The notes under the pieces: generated by a model
Seen by the model: the letters and a program-made list of their open reading frames with translations, nothing else
Told to the model about the DNA's origin: nothing
Databases searched by the model: none
NCBI GenBank assembly: GCA_965116925.1
Contig: OZ220744.1
Location: forward strand, 6,407,378-6,471,377
Source: Candidatus Poribacteria bacterium
GTDB taxonomy: Bacteria > Poribacteria > WGA-4E > PCPOR2b
DNA length: 64,000 nt
Reading direction: 5' to 3'
Program-made: the position numbers and the translations under genes
Part shown: piece by piece, positions 9,926 to 19,610 of the stretch
Layout of the letters: each line of letters starts with the position of its first letter
Position numbering within the stretch: position 1 is the stretch's first letter

Positions 9926-10921
9926 CTACACCGGAAAAACCAGTTTTTGATCAAAAAAGACCTGACTCACGGAACGTCGCTGGTGAATCCTCAGAATTGC
10001 CTCAGCGAGAAGTGGGGCGATGGATAGGACTTGGATTTTGTTGCCAATCTGTTTCTCAGCAGGGACGGGAATCGTATTGGTGACAACAACCTCCTGAATT
10101 GAAGGGCGATTCAGACGTTCTAGCGCGGGCCCAACAAGCACCGGATGCGTAATACTAAGATACGCTGGCTTGGCACCCGCCTCGACGATGGCATCCGCCT
10201 GCTGGTAAATGCTTCCACTCGTTACGAGATCATCAATAATAATTGGGGTTTTGTTCACAACGTCACCGATGATTTCGGTGACAACCTTCACCTCTCTCCC
10301 ACCAGTTCCGCTTCGGCGTTTGTGCATGACTGCCAGTGGCATGCCGAGCATATCGACGTACTTATCCGCTAGTTTTGCCCGACCGGCGTCGGGAGACACG
10401 ATTACGCCGTCTTCAATCTGCTTCTCCTTAAAGTAATCTGCCAGTGTCGGCAGTGCGGTTAGGTGATCGGTAGGGATATCGAAGAAACCTTGGATCTGTG
10501 CGGCGTGTAAATCGACAGAGACAACCCGATTCGCACCTGCGGTTGTGAGCAGGTTTGCTACTAGTTTCGCGCTAATCGGCTCTCGTCCTGTCGATTTGTG
10601 GTCTTGTCTGGCGTAGCCGAAATAGGGGATGACCGCAGTGATTTGTTGAGCAGAAGCGCGTTTCATCGCGTCAATTATGACCAACAACTCCATTAGACTG
10701 TCGTTTGTCGGTGGGGATGTTGGCTGCACAATATAGATGTCAGCCCCCCGGATGCTTTCTTCAACTTGAGCGTGGGTTTCATCTCCGGGAAACGTGCTGA
10801 CTGACATTTTCCCCAATTCAACCCCCAGAATTGTAGCGATCTCCTTCGCCAATTCCGGATTGGCACGCCCGGCAAAAAGCTGGAAATCGTCTTGAACTTC
10901 TCCATTGGTTATTGTGGACAT
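9926..10921 (-). CDS. prs: Ribose-phosphate pyrophosphokinase
   Basis: PYFGYARQD, DLHAAQIQGFF, VSPDAG and IIIDD motifs; start at ATG 10921 behind GGAGG. Confidence 0.95.
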   Translation of the reverse strand: MSTITNGEVQDDFQLFAGRANPELAKEIATILGVELGKMSVSTFPGDETHAQVEESIRGADIYIVQPTSPPTNDSLMELLVIIDAMKRASAQQITAVIPYFGYARQDHKSTGREPISAKLVANLLTTAGANRVVSVDLHAAQIQGFFDIPTDHLTALPTLADYFKEKQIEDGVIVSPDAGRAKLADKYVDMLGMPLAVMHKRRSGTGGREVKVVTEIIGDVVNKTPIIIDDLVTSGSIYQQADAIVEAGAKPAYLSITHPVLVGPALERLNRPSIQEVVVTNTIPVPAEKQIGNKIQVLSIAPLLAEAILRIHQRRSVSQVFFDQKLVFPV

Positions 10922-10973
10922 AAGGACCTCCATAAAGCATAATACGGTAGAAACAAACACGTTATTTTTCTCA

Positions 10974-11462
10974 TCACCAGTGATTCGTAATCTCTGGTGG
11001 GAAAGCACCGGATTCAATTTCAGCAATCAAATCTTGTAGTGCGTTTCTCGCTTGATTTGCCAGATCAGTCTGGATCCAATTGTTCGCTATCGCTGACTCA
11101 AATTCATCTTCGTCTTCAACCTGATAGCTGCCATCCGGTGAAACCCACAGATCCAAAAATAAATCGGTTATTTCAAAATGAGTGTCCAGTCGTTTCATCG
11201 GTAGGATGATGTCGCAGTAATGCCCCGTGAAATGGTCTTCAAGGTTATAGATTTTCCCAATATCATACCAGCGATTGGCGAAGACAAACCAAACTGCCCG
11301 GTAGTTATCCCCAAGAACAGTTACGCCATCAATGATGATTGGACTGGAAGGTTTGATGCGTTGCGTGGTGACAATAACGTCGTCGTCTTCGTAAAGTAGA
11401 TTTTGCGGAAAGTGGTTTACGCGATTCGGTGGGCGTTTGTAAATCAGTTTGATTGTTTCCAT
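10974..11462 (-). CDS. DUF402 family protein (FomD-like nucleoside phosphatase fold)
   Basis: YCDI...DLFLDLWV.PDG...EDEDEF pattern. Confidence 0.8.
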   Translation of the reverse strand: METIKLIYKRPPNRVNHFPQNLLYEDDDVIVTTQRIKPSSPIIIDGVTVLGDNYRAVWFVFANRWYDIGKIYNLEDHFTGHYCDIILPMKRLDTHFEITDLFLDLWVSPDGSYQVEDEDEFESAIANNWIQTDLANQARNALQDLIAEIESGAFPPEITNHW

Positions 11463-12082
11463 TCGCGATCTACCTCTTTCACATTCTGAATAAATGTCCT
11501 TACTTTGACCGGATCTTTTCGCCCGGGACTCGCCTCGACGCGGCTGCTGACGTCAACACCATAGGGACGCACCTGCTGGACAGCTGACCCAACGTTATCA
11601 GGATTGAGCCCACCTGCAAGAATGATTCGACCGTACTGTTTCGCCTTTACAGCGAGACGCCAATCAAACGCCACCCCTGTTCCGCCCATTTCTCCCTTGA
11701 CATAGGTATCCAGCAGATATCCACTGACACGATAATCGGACAGATGGGAACAACTCGATTCATCTTTAACCCGTACTGCTTTGATGACCCTGCGATTGAA
11801 CCCTTGACAGAATTGAGGGGATTCATCGCCGTGCAACTGTAGCGTGTCTAGATAACATTCGTCGGCGATTGACTGAATCAACTCCGGATCTGCGTTGACA
11901 AACAGTCCAACCGTTGTAATGAAAGGGGGAAGTTGTTCGATAATCTTTGTCGCAGCTTTTGTATCTTTGAGATAGCGGGGTGTATCGGGGACAAAGTTGA
12001 AGCCGAGAGCATCCGCACCCGCATCAATTGACATCAGCGCATCGTCAATATTAGTGATTCCACAAATCTTGATTCGCGTCAA
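11444..12082 (-). CDS. trpF: Phosphoribosylanthranilate isomerase
   Basis: KICGIT, QLHGDE, GGTG..FDW, LAGGL, GVDVSS; likely TTG start at 12082. Confidence 0.95.
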   Translation of the reverse strand: MTRIKICGITNIDDALMSIDAGADALGFNFVPDTPRYLKDTKAATKIIEQLPPFITTVGLFVNADPELIQSIADECYLDTLQLHGDESPQFCQGFNRRVIKAVRVKDESSCSHLSDYRVSGYLLDTYVKGEMGGTGVAFDWRLAVKAKQYGRIILAGGLNPDNVGSAVQQVRPYGVDVSSRVEASPGRKDPVKVRTFIQNVKEVDREWKQSN

Positions 12083-12107
12083 TTCGTTTCTCTCCCTTGT
12101 ACCTACC

Positions 12108-13964
12108 CTACCGGATAACAATTTCAAACGGCATTACTGTTGCAGCAGGTTCATTGACAAACAGATACAGCCAGTAAAAACTCGGCAAAGTTTGTTCAAT
12201 TGGTGTCGGCAATGGCAGGTGAGACGTCATCGGAAGCCGTATGTCCATCTCCATATCCTCTATTAGGGTCTCGAAGAACGTCTTCGGCTTTGGCAGTATG
12301 ATGAGGTCAATCTCATCGGTGGGATCCAGTGCAATTTGTTTTTTAGCAATTGCGAGTGCGGTATCGAGTCCACCGAGTTCATCGACAAGCCCAATCTCCT
12401 TCGCCTGTTTTCCTGTCCAGATTCGCCCTTGTGCAAGTTCGTGGATTTCCGCTTCGGTTTTATCTCGCCCTTCAGCAGCCCTTCGGACAAAACCTTGATA
12501 GATTGTCTCTAACAATTTCTGCAACCGCTCACGCTCCCTCGGTGTAAAATCGCCGTAATCCGAGTAGAGATTCGCATTCTTCCCGCGTGTGATAACCTCT
12601 TTTGTCAGTCCAACCTTGTTGTAGAGTCCTTTGAGATTGAGTTTCCCGCCAAGCACCCCAATTGAGCCGGTAATTGTCCCCGGTTCGGCGACAATCGTAC
12701 CTGCAGCCATAGCGATGTAGTATCCGCCCGATCCGGCAACATCCGACATTGATACGATCACGGGTTTTTCCCGTTGCGTCAGCAGCACCTCCCGCCAAAT
12801 GGCGTCTGATGCGACCGCAGACCCGCCGGGACTATCAACTCGCATGATGACCGCTTGAATGTCACTGTCCTCGCGGGCTTCACGAAGTGCCTCCGCCATT
12901 ACGCCGGGGGTAATAACCTGTCCTGTTGTGAATGGACTGGTAGGTGCATCGGGCATGATGGGACCGGTGGCGTAAATCAGTGCAACCTTTGCTTTTCCTT
13001 CTCCAGAGGTTGGCTGCTTTGACGATGAAAGCATAGAAAAAAGTCTCATGAAACCCGCAAAGCCGGTGAGTTCAGGGGCTGCCATTGATTTTTTGCCGTA
13101 TTCGGACACAACTTCGGCTTTTTCCTCCGCACGTTCCTCAATTGATTGCACCAGTTCGTCGTAGTATTGGAGTGCATCAACGAGCTTTGCCTGATGTGCT
13201 TCTTCGGCAGTAAAAGGTCCTCGATCAATGAGATTCGCAGCCAACGCCGCATCAATTTCACCCCGTCCGTTAGCAATCATTTCAACCTGCTGTGCATAAA
13301 GATCATCGAGAATCGCATTCATTGTCTCTCTTTGGGCTTCTGACATACTGTCTCGCATGTATGGCTCAATCGCTGATTTATACTTGCCGACAGCGTACAG
13401 GTCCGCTTTGACCTCTAGTTTATCCAGAAGGCCTCTGTAAAACATCACTTCAGCCCGCAATCCTGTCAAACCGACCATCCCTGCCGGCATCAACACAATC
13501 CGATCCGCGGCGCAGGCGAGCAGATATTCCACATTGCCACCGCTTTCGAGGTAACTGATGACTTCGATTCCATCGCTTCGGAGTTGGATAATTTTGTCAC
13601 GGAGTTCCTGTAGCTTCGCCCAACCGATTCCGAGTCCCTCGATCTTCAGCAAGACACCGGCAACTTCGTCGTCCTTGCGGATATTGTCGATCTGTTTTGT
13701 TATGCTGCGGAGGGTTTTGACTTGGGGCGAAAATACAAATGTGGGTCTGACCTCTGCAAGCGGTCCCTTGATTGCTAATTCAACATACTTTTGCGAAGGC
13801 ATCTCCTGTGTATCTGAAGTTTCGTCTAAGGAATTGGCGGGTACTTGTGGTTCAACCGCTTCCTCTCCGTTCCGAGAGTCTAAAACTTGAGCAAAAACAG
13901 AGGAGCAGATTAGAAGGGTACTGATGACGGTGAGCAGCCAGAATCGCTTTGTCTGTTTCGGCAT
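12108..13964 (-). CDS. sppA: Signal peptide peptidase SppA, 67-kDa type
   Basis: Two S49 domains; GKYKSA, DSPGGS, GSGGYY, TITGSIGV; N-terminal signal/hydrophobic segment. Confidence 0.93.
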   Translation of the reverse strand: MPKQTKRFWLLTVISTLLICSSVFAQVLDSRNGEEAVEPQVPANSLDETSDTQEMPSQKYVELAIKGPLAEVRPTFVFSPQVKTLRSITKQIDNIRKDDEVAGVLLKIEGLGIGWAKLQELRDKIIQLRSDGIEVISYLESGGNVEYLLACAADRIVLMPAGMVGLTGLRAEVMFYRGLLDKLEVKADLYAVGKYKSAIEPYMRDSMSEAQRETMNAILDDLYAQQVEMIANGRGEIDAALAANLIDRGPFTAEEAHQAKLVDALQYYDELVQSIEERAEEKAEVVSEYGKKSMAAPELTGFAGFMRLFSMLSSSKQPTSGEGKAKVALIYATGPIMPDAPTSPFTTGQVITPGVMAEALREAREDSDIQAVIMRVDSPGGSAVASDAIWREVLLTQREKPVIVSMSDVAGSGGYYIAMAAGTIVAEPGTITGSIGVLGGKLNLKGLYNKVGLTKEVITRGKNANLYSDYGDFTPRERERLQKLLETIYQGFVRRAAEGRDKTEAEIHELAQGRIWTGKQAKEIGLVDELGGLDTALAIAKKQIALDPTDEIDLIILPKPKTFFETLIEDMEMDIRLPMTSHLPLPTPIEQTLPSFYWLYLFVNEPAATVMPFEIVIR

Positions 13965-14080
13965 GGTGCTACCCTTTCTGATGTGATGTGTGAGATTTGA
14001 ACGGGTTCATTTTACCAAATGGCGCGGCAGGTTTCAACCCCAAATGAGTATATTTCTTCTGACCTACGCTAATTTTTGAT

Positions 14081-14935
14081 TCACAGTGGACGGAACTCTA
14101 CTAAACGGCTGTTGGCATCAAACCCAGGGGCTCCCACATACTGGATGGCATTTAGATTTATGCTATCCGCATGTGCAAAGTGAATGTGACCACAAAAAAC
14201 AGCGACAAGGTTCTCTGCCCTCACAAGGGTACGCGCAAATTCTAAGGTTGGGGGTAGATCTTCTCCGGTGCCCCATTGATCTCGACCCTCAGGGCCCCAG
14301 TCCGGATCAGCGATTAAAATTGGGTTCTCGAAGCGTTCTAATGTTGGCTCCCGCAGCGTTGGAAGGCTCACAGGGATATGGGTGAGCAGCACTGTTGGTA
14401 TTCCGTTTGCCAGATGTGTAGCTACAAACGCTGTCTGTTCTTCGTCTACTTGATAGATGGAATCATCGACCAGCAAAAACTGGATGCCACCGATTTCATA
14501 TCGGGCATACGCCGCCTCTCCGTGGTGCAGCGGTGCCAATGCCTCCCACCATACTTCCCGCAACTCCCCCCGTCCCTCGACGCCCGGATAGTGCCAGTCG
14601 TGGTTTCCGGAGGTATACAGTACCGGTACGTCCACTTTGTCAATCGACTTCGCGAGGGTTTCGACACCCGCTTGAGAGGGGAAATGTACCATATCACCGG
14701 TCAACGCAACCAGATCCAGAGAGCTGCCCTTGGCTTCTTCCATCAGCTTATCAAAGATCTGTTCTCTTGATGCAAAACGCTCGCATGCCCCTTGACAAGC
14801 CTCTATATGTTCAGCGTCACGGTCATCAATGAGGGCAATGTGTGAATCGGTGATGTGGAGCATCCGAACCGTTTGATCCAATCCTTCGACGCAAATCGTT
14901 GCTGTGTTATCATTCCATTTGTGTGTCGTTCGCAT
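14081..14935 (-). CDS. Calcineurin-like metallophosphoesterase
   Basis: DSH, TGD, GNHD, THIP and GHIH motifs. Confidence 0.9.
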   Translation of the reverse strand: MRTTHKWNDNTATICVEGLDQTVRMLHITDSHIALIDDRDAEHIEACQGACERFASREQIFDKLMEEAKGSSLDLVALTGDMVHFPSQAGVETLAKSIDKVDVPVLYTSGNHDWHYPGVEGRGELREVWWEALAPLHHGEAAYARYEIGGIQFLLVDDSIYQVDEEQTAFVATHLANGIPTVLLTHIPVSLPTLREPTLERFENPILIADPDWGPEGRDQWGTGEDLPPTLEFARTLVRAENLVAVFCGHIHFAHADSINLNAIQYVGAPGFDANSRLVEFRPL

Positions 14936-14971
14936 GATTGTTTTCCTTGTATGTACCCCAAGTTACTAGGT

Positions 14972-15250
14972 TAGGACTTACGCATTTCAGCTCAGTTGGC
15001 GCGGGGAAATCAGATGCTCCGCCCCGATAAATCGGAATGCAAGCACCTGCGGTTGGCTGCGTAAATCGCAAAAAGTGTTAGATTTTGTTAGATTTTGCCA
15101 GGGATGCCGTTAAAGTTAGGATTTACGCATTAGAAGATACTTCTGACTCCCGACAAAATGTTGCGGGGCAAGTCCGAGCGGATTTCCGATAAATCGAGAG
15201 CAGGCTCGTGCCCGGGTATGCCCCACCTACAGTTGGCTGCGTAATGCCTA
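14972..15250. mobile_element. Two tandem small MITE-like elements with TAGGAC/TTTACGCA termini
   Basis: taggacttacgca(14972)...tgcgtaaatc(15067) and taggatttacgca(15117)...tgcgtaatgccta(15250); shared internal ccgataaatcg and cacct.c.gttggc. Confidence 0.6.
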
Positions 15251-15402
15251 TAGGTATTGAAAATCCGTTGGATTGTCGTTAAAGTTGATGTGTTCAATCT
15301 TTCGCTCCAGCGGAGCGATATGTTTATAGAATACCAATGCATCCCATCTCTGCACTCCAGATGAGTGCTATGTGTATAGCAAAACATGTCTAGCTGCCAG
15401 CA

Positions 15403-16920
15403 TTATGAAAGTTGTTCCATAAACCGCTTAGTTACCCGATCTATGGTCTCCTTTACATCAAACAGTGCATCTTCTGCGGGATATAGCTCGTCCTTCTCAA
15501 GTTTCTCATACGGTAAAGCAATTGCATATTCAACCGCTGCAACTTCATAGCAAACTTCTCGGAATTCTCGTGAATCGGTAGAATTGCCTCCAGTTTCCAG
15601 GGCACTAGCGATTTGGGGATGATCTAAGTTTATGAAAATTGTCTTCGTATCTCCGGCGTACCTTGATCGATTTTGTTCAGTAGTGATACGCTCAAATTCA
15701 ATGGAGAAAACTGCTTTTCGCCGTTTTTCGTTCTCTCCGCTTGGATCTTTTCTCGGTTTCGATTTATTTTCTCCCTGTGCAGCCGATTTCTTCCTTGAGG
15801 TATTTCCCTGTCCATCTCCACTCCTAGAACGCCTAACCCTTTGCGTCATTTCAAGGTCCAGCTCTTGTTGCGCGAAGTCTTGATTGAGAATATTCGAGAT
15901 TCTATTAGCTTCTTTCACCAGCTTTGCTTCCATCGCTGATTGACGTTTTTCACGAGCTTGTCTCACAAGTTCTAATCTGATTTCCTCAAGTTCTTGTGAA
16001 AGCCAACCTAGCAGCACCACAACCACGGGATTTTGTCGGTTCAGCGTGTTATTTCTTGTGTTGTCAAAGGCTGGAATGGGCCATTCACCGTCCTCCAAGA
16101 TTGGGACATCGATCTGTCCAAAAATTTGATTCGCGTTCTCTTTTCTTTCAATTCCTGCAAGTGTCGTTTCATGCCAGATGCCGTGAGATAAAATGTCAAT
16201 TCCTCGCGTATCCTCGTCTAACGGTACAGGAGATACCTTGACATTCAGGGATACGTCCCCAATATGTTGGGCAACTCCTTTTGGCGGAAGGCGTTCAAAT
16301 TGTGCTACAGATGGCGGTTCTTTAAACTTGCACACATGCCCGTTTACAGTCACATGGGCACGGGTACGGTAACGGCTGAGATGGCGTTCAACGTATGACA
16401 TCACCTTATCAATATCTAGTCGTTTTATGTTAAATTCGCGAATGACTACAATTGTCCCATCGTCTTCATCTGTTGGCTGATTTACCTCAATGTCTCGAAC
16501 AGGAAAAGGTTCGCCACTTTGTGCCTGTTCAATATCTCTCCTGTGCAGTTCAACGATGTTCCGCGAACCTGCCTGAATTGTGTCAATGCAAAGCAAATTT
16601 GCCAAGCCGAAGGCGGCACATTTGCCCGTACCAAATCGTCCTCGGACTCTTTTTCCCTTTTTTCTAAGAGGATTCTCCCCGTGCATCTCAAAGAAGCTGC
16701 CTAGCTCTTTTTCAGACATACCGCGACTGTTGTCAGATATAGTCACTTCATGGCTTGTTATCTCAACAGCAATAATTGCTCGGAGGTCATCTTTGACAGC
16801 GTCCAGAGAGTTTGCGACGTATTCCCAAACTACTCTAGGCATGGTATTAAAATATGCAGCATTCTGAAGGAAATCCCTAGCTACATTTGAAGTAACCTTG
16901 ATAGCGTGTTGTCTAGCCAT
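15403..16920 (-). CDS. GHKL (MORC/MutL/Hsp90-like) ATPase
   Basis: EYVANSLDA, DNSRGM, GRFGTG and DDGT Bergerat motifs; coiled-coil-like region; C-terminal INLDHP; ATG at 16920 overlaps the upstream TAA (TAATG). Confidence 0.85.
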   Translation of the reverse strand: MARQHAIKVTSNVARDFLQNAAYFNTMPRVVWEYVANSLDAVKDDLRAIIAVEITSHEVTISDNSRGMSEKELGSFFEMHGENPLRKKGKRVRGRFGTGKCAAFGLANLLCIDTIQAGSRNIVELHRRDIEQAQSGEPFPVRDIEVNQPTDEDDGTIVVIREFNIKRLDIDKVMSYVERHLSRYRTRAHVTVNGHVCKFKEPPSVAQFERLPPKGVAQHIGDVSLNVKVSPVPLDEDTRGIDILSHGIWHETTLAGIERKENANQIFGQIDVPILEDGEWPIPAFDNTRNNTLNRQNPVVVVLLGWLSQELEEIRLELVRQAREKRQSAMEAKLVKEANRISNILNQDFAQQELDLEMTQRVRRSRSGDGQGNTSRKKSAAQGENKSKPRKDPSGENEKRRKAVFSIEFERITTEQNRSRYAGDTKTIFINLDHPQIASALETGGNSTDSREFREVCYEVAAVEYAIALPYEKLEKDELYPAEDALFDVKETIDRVTKRFMEQLS

Positions 16921-17501
16921 TACTCCATCTCCTTTGAAAATTTCGTTTGAAGCAGATCCCACAATTCTGATAAGGTCTCATTATCGCTTACCGCGTTCGC
17001 TATGATTGCGTATCGCCGCTGTCTGGTTTTGATCTGAAAATACTCATTCACCCGGGCAAACTCGTAGAAATCTTGTACAGTAATCTCTTTTGATTTATCT
17101 GCAACGAATAGGTGATATGCTTTTGTACTGAATAAACGGTTGCGCTCTAGCTCCTGGTTTGCGGAAATAGAAGCTTTCCTGTATTTAGCTGGGAGTTCAT
17201 CTCTAATAGCATCAAAATCCACAGTTTTTATCCACTTCAAACCTGCAGGACTGAGCATCCAGCCTTTTGTATTATTCCCGACTATCAATTCTCCACATCG
17301 TGCTTTCTTCGCGTCTTGGAGCGCAAAACTAACAGTTGATAAATCAATGTGTTCAGGATATTTTCGCCAATTAAAGCGTCCTGGTGCAATATCATTTACC
17401 TTGAGAGCGACATCCTCACAATCAACGTACGCCGTGTCTCCATCTAAGAGTGCCACGGCTATTGTAACGAACTGTGGTTTTGAGAATTCAATTCTTTGCA
17501 T
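16920..17501 (-). CDS. Hypothetical protein with predicted N-terminal winged helix
   Basis: 193 aa ORF overlapping both neighbours; helix pattern followed by a wing-like GWMLSPAG segment; SD GGAGG. Confidence 0.65.
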   Translation of the reverse strand: MQRIEFSKPQFVTIAVALLDGDTAYVDCEDVALKVNDIAPGRFNWRKYPEHIDLSTVSFALQDAKKARCGELIVGNNTKGWMLSPAGLKWIKTVDFDAIRDELPAKYRKASISANQELERNRLFSTKAYHLFVADKSKEITVQDFYEFARVNEYFQIKTRQRRYAIIANAVSDNETLSELWDLLQTKFSKEME

Positions 17502-19431
17502 TTCCCGCCTCCTTTTCTATCATAACTGTTCTGGTCCATGCGTTGAATGTAAACTTCACGCGCTCTCCCGGTTGACAGTTCAGCAATTCAAAAGGCTTTT
17601 TTAAATGTCGAAATTCATTCTCAACTACGTTTAGTTCACCTGCTTCCTCACTATTAACATAGCAGGGCCAGTTACCACTTAAATCCCGAAATTGTTCACA
17701 AAAAATCGTACCTGAACCTACAGCAACTGCACTGGGGGTGACACTCACTATGATGTTCCCATCCATACGGTATTCAACTTCCGGACGAAGTGGCTGATGT
17801 TCTCTAGCAGCTTGGGCGCGTTCTATATCTTGGTAGGCTATTACCTTCCCGCGCAGCTTATATAAACCTGATTCTATTTTATCAAACAAGGGAGAAGAAT
17901 TTAGGGTTGCATGTAAGGTAGGAAAAGATAGTTCACTTTCTACAAAGGCATGAGCTAATTCGGAATGATGCAATACCGGTCCGATTTCTTCTAAACAATT
18001 CATTATGATAGTTTCACCTTTGCTTAGCTTCTCGTCGCGGGCACCCTCCCAATAATACAATTCATTGTCACATTGGTAGCCGTTAATCCTAAGTATTTCA
18101 GCCATCACATCAGGAGGAGGCACAGGAAATATTGACCTTGATCGAGCAGTATCCCTACTTGCTAGGTATTCTGGTACAGAGGATCCTGACCTTGATATTC
18201 CGTGTCTTAGACCAGCACAGATGTCATCAATATTCAATTGTCCACAGTACTGAAACATCTGATGTAGGCAGCGGTGAAAAACATCACGGGATGAAATTTG
18301 GGAAGGACTGGGAGTAAACCATCCTGTGGAAAGAGCTCTGTATCCTAGTCCTTGCAAGATATCTGTTATCTCTTCTAATTCTATTTCCATTTCTTGGGAT
18401 AGCCACCTAGCATATACGCCTCCGGAAAACTTCCTGTGCCGGTTGATGAGTCTTTTGGCTTTATCAGATAAAGTGTCAACCGCATGTAGTATTTTAGCCG
18501 GGACATCTGATTTGCCTTTGGCTGCAAGTTGTACAGCATACTGTAAATTCTTAGGCATTTGCAGCCAACGAATCTTACAATCAGTAAACAGATTACAGAT
18601 TGCAATCATGGCTTCTACTGTGTTCGTATCGACAAAGTCCTGTGATGTCCAATCACCAACGAGTCCTGATGACCGAATACGCTGCGCCCATCCTGCATAG
18701 GTAATATCGAGACCTAAATCTCTCGCGATGAGGAAGGCGGACTGCATTCTATGCAGAGCGGGTTTAGTCTTTAGGTTGCTGATGGAGATGGCCTTTTCCT
18801 TGAGCTCACTGCGTATCTGCCTTACTCGTTCACGCGAAATACCTAGCTTCTCCCCAGTTTGTCTCAGGTTTTTAGGTTCTAAACCATACGTGGAGAGTAA
18901 AACGGGTACACAGTGTTGGCCGGGAATCTGGTTGAGGAAAAACTCGATTTCCTCACAGATATTGAGTGAAGAGCCTAAAATGGTTGCTAAAACCTCATAT
19001 ACATGATTACTCTCTATCGTTTTGATCTCCGCACGCCAGTCTTTAACCCAGTCTTTTATCGATTTTTCTGCAATAGGCACCTCATAGTGGAGCAATCCTC
19101 TTGATAGCTGCTTCTTGACTAATTGTACTTGCCACATAACTACTACCCATGAAATTTCATTATCTTGGGGTGTAATTGTATCTGTATTCGCTTTAACCTC
19201 AGAATCACCGAGGATTTTCACCTGATCCAGCTTATTTTTTATTTCTAAGATAGATTTTCTTCCGAGACCGGGAGTTGTTCGGAGTCTGTCCGATTCAACT
19301 AGCTGTAAGACTTCTCCAACTGTCTGAATACGGGCGCGTGTGAGGGCGTTGAAGGAACGATTGGTTAGGTTTAATTGATCGATGGAATCTTCCGGTGAAA
19401 GATTAGCATAATTTAGGAAAAGTTGATTCAT
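17488..19431 (-). CDS. Protein with RNA polymerase alpha-CTD domain and sigma70 region-4 HTH
   Basis: SIDQLNLTNRSFNAL..IQTVGEV..GLGRKSILEI matches alphaCTD; NLRQTGEKLGISRERVRQI matches sigma region 4.2; remainder unrecognised. Confidence 0.8.
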   Translation of the reverse strand: MNQLFLNYANLSPEDSIDQLNLTNRSFNALTRARIQTVGEVLQLVESDRLRTTPGLGRKSILEIKNKLDQVKILGDSEVKANTDTITPQDNEISWVVVMWQVQLVKKQLSRGLLHYEVPIAEKSIKDWVKDWRAEIKTIESNHVYEVLATILGSSLNICEEIEFFLNQIPGQHCVPVLLSTYGLEPKNLRQTGEKLGISRERVRQIRSELKEKAISISNLKTKPALHRMQSAFLIARDLGLDITYAGWAQRIRSSGLVGDWTSQDFVDTNTVEAMIAICNLFTDCKIRWLQMPKNLQYAVQLAAKGKSDVPAKILHAVDTLSDKAKRLINRHRKFSGGVYARWLSQEMEIELEEITDILQGLGYRALSTGWFTPSPSQISSRDVFHRCLHQMFQYCGQLNIDDICAGLRHGISRSGSSVPEYLASRDTARSRSIFPVPPPDVMAEILRINGYQCDNELYYWEGARDEKLSKGETIIMNCLEEIGPVLHHSELAHAFVESELSFPTLHATLNSSPLFDKIESGLYKLRGKVIAYQDIERAQAAREHQPLRPEVEYRMDGNIIVSVTPSAVAVGSGTIFCEQFRDLSGNWPCYVNSEEAGELNVVENEFRHLKKPFELLNCQPGERVKFTFNAWTRTVMIEKEAGNAKN

Positions 19432-19538
19432 AATGCAAATCCTTATCTTTAGTAAAGCACCCCGTACTTGGCAAGTACCAAATCTGCCAATTTACTTAAT
19501 GTGGTAATCATAGTGCTGAATTTGTACCTGATGACAAG

Positions 19539-19610
19539 CTAAACATACGATTCAATACGGTTAATTCCTTTTACTATGTCTTGAAGGTATACGTCATAGG
19601 TTCGTGACAT
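19539..19610 (-). pseudogene. Truncated HEPN/DUF86 (HepT-like) toxin, N-terminal 23 codons only
   Basis: MSRTYDVYLQDIVKGINRIESYV-stop overlaps the end of the MNT gene and resembles DUF86 N-termini. Confidence 0.7.

Noticed and set aside
15130..15387. 85-aa ORF as a fourth cassette gene or the missing HEPN 3' half
   Set aside because: It runs through MITE/REP-like palindromes and has no HEPN-like sequence
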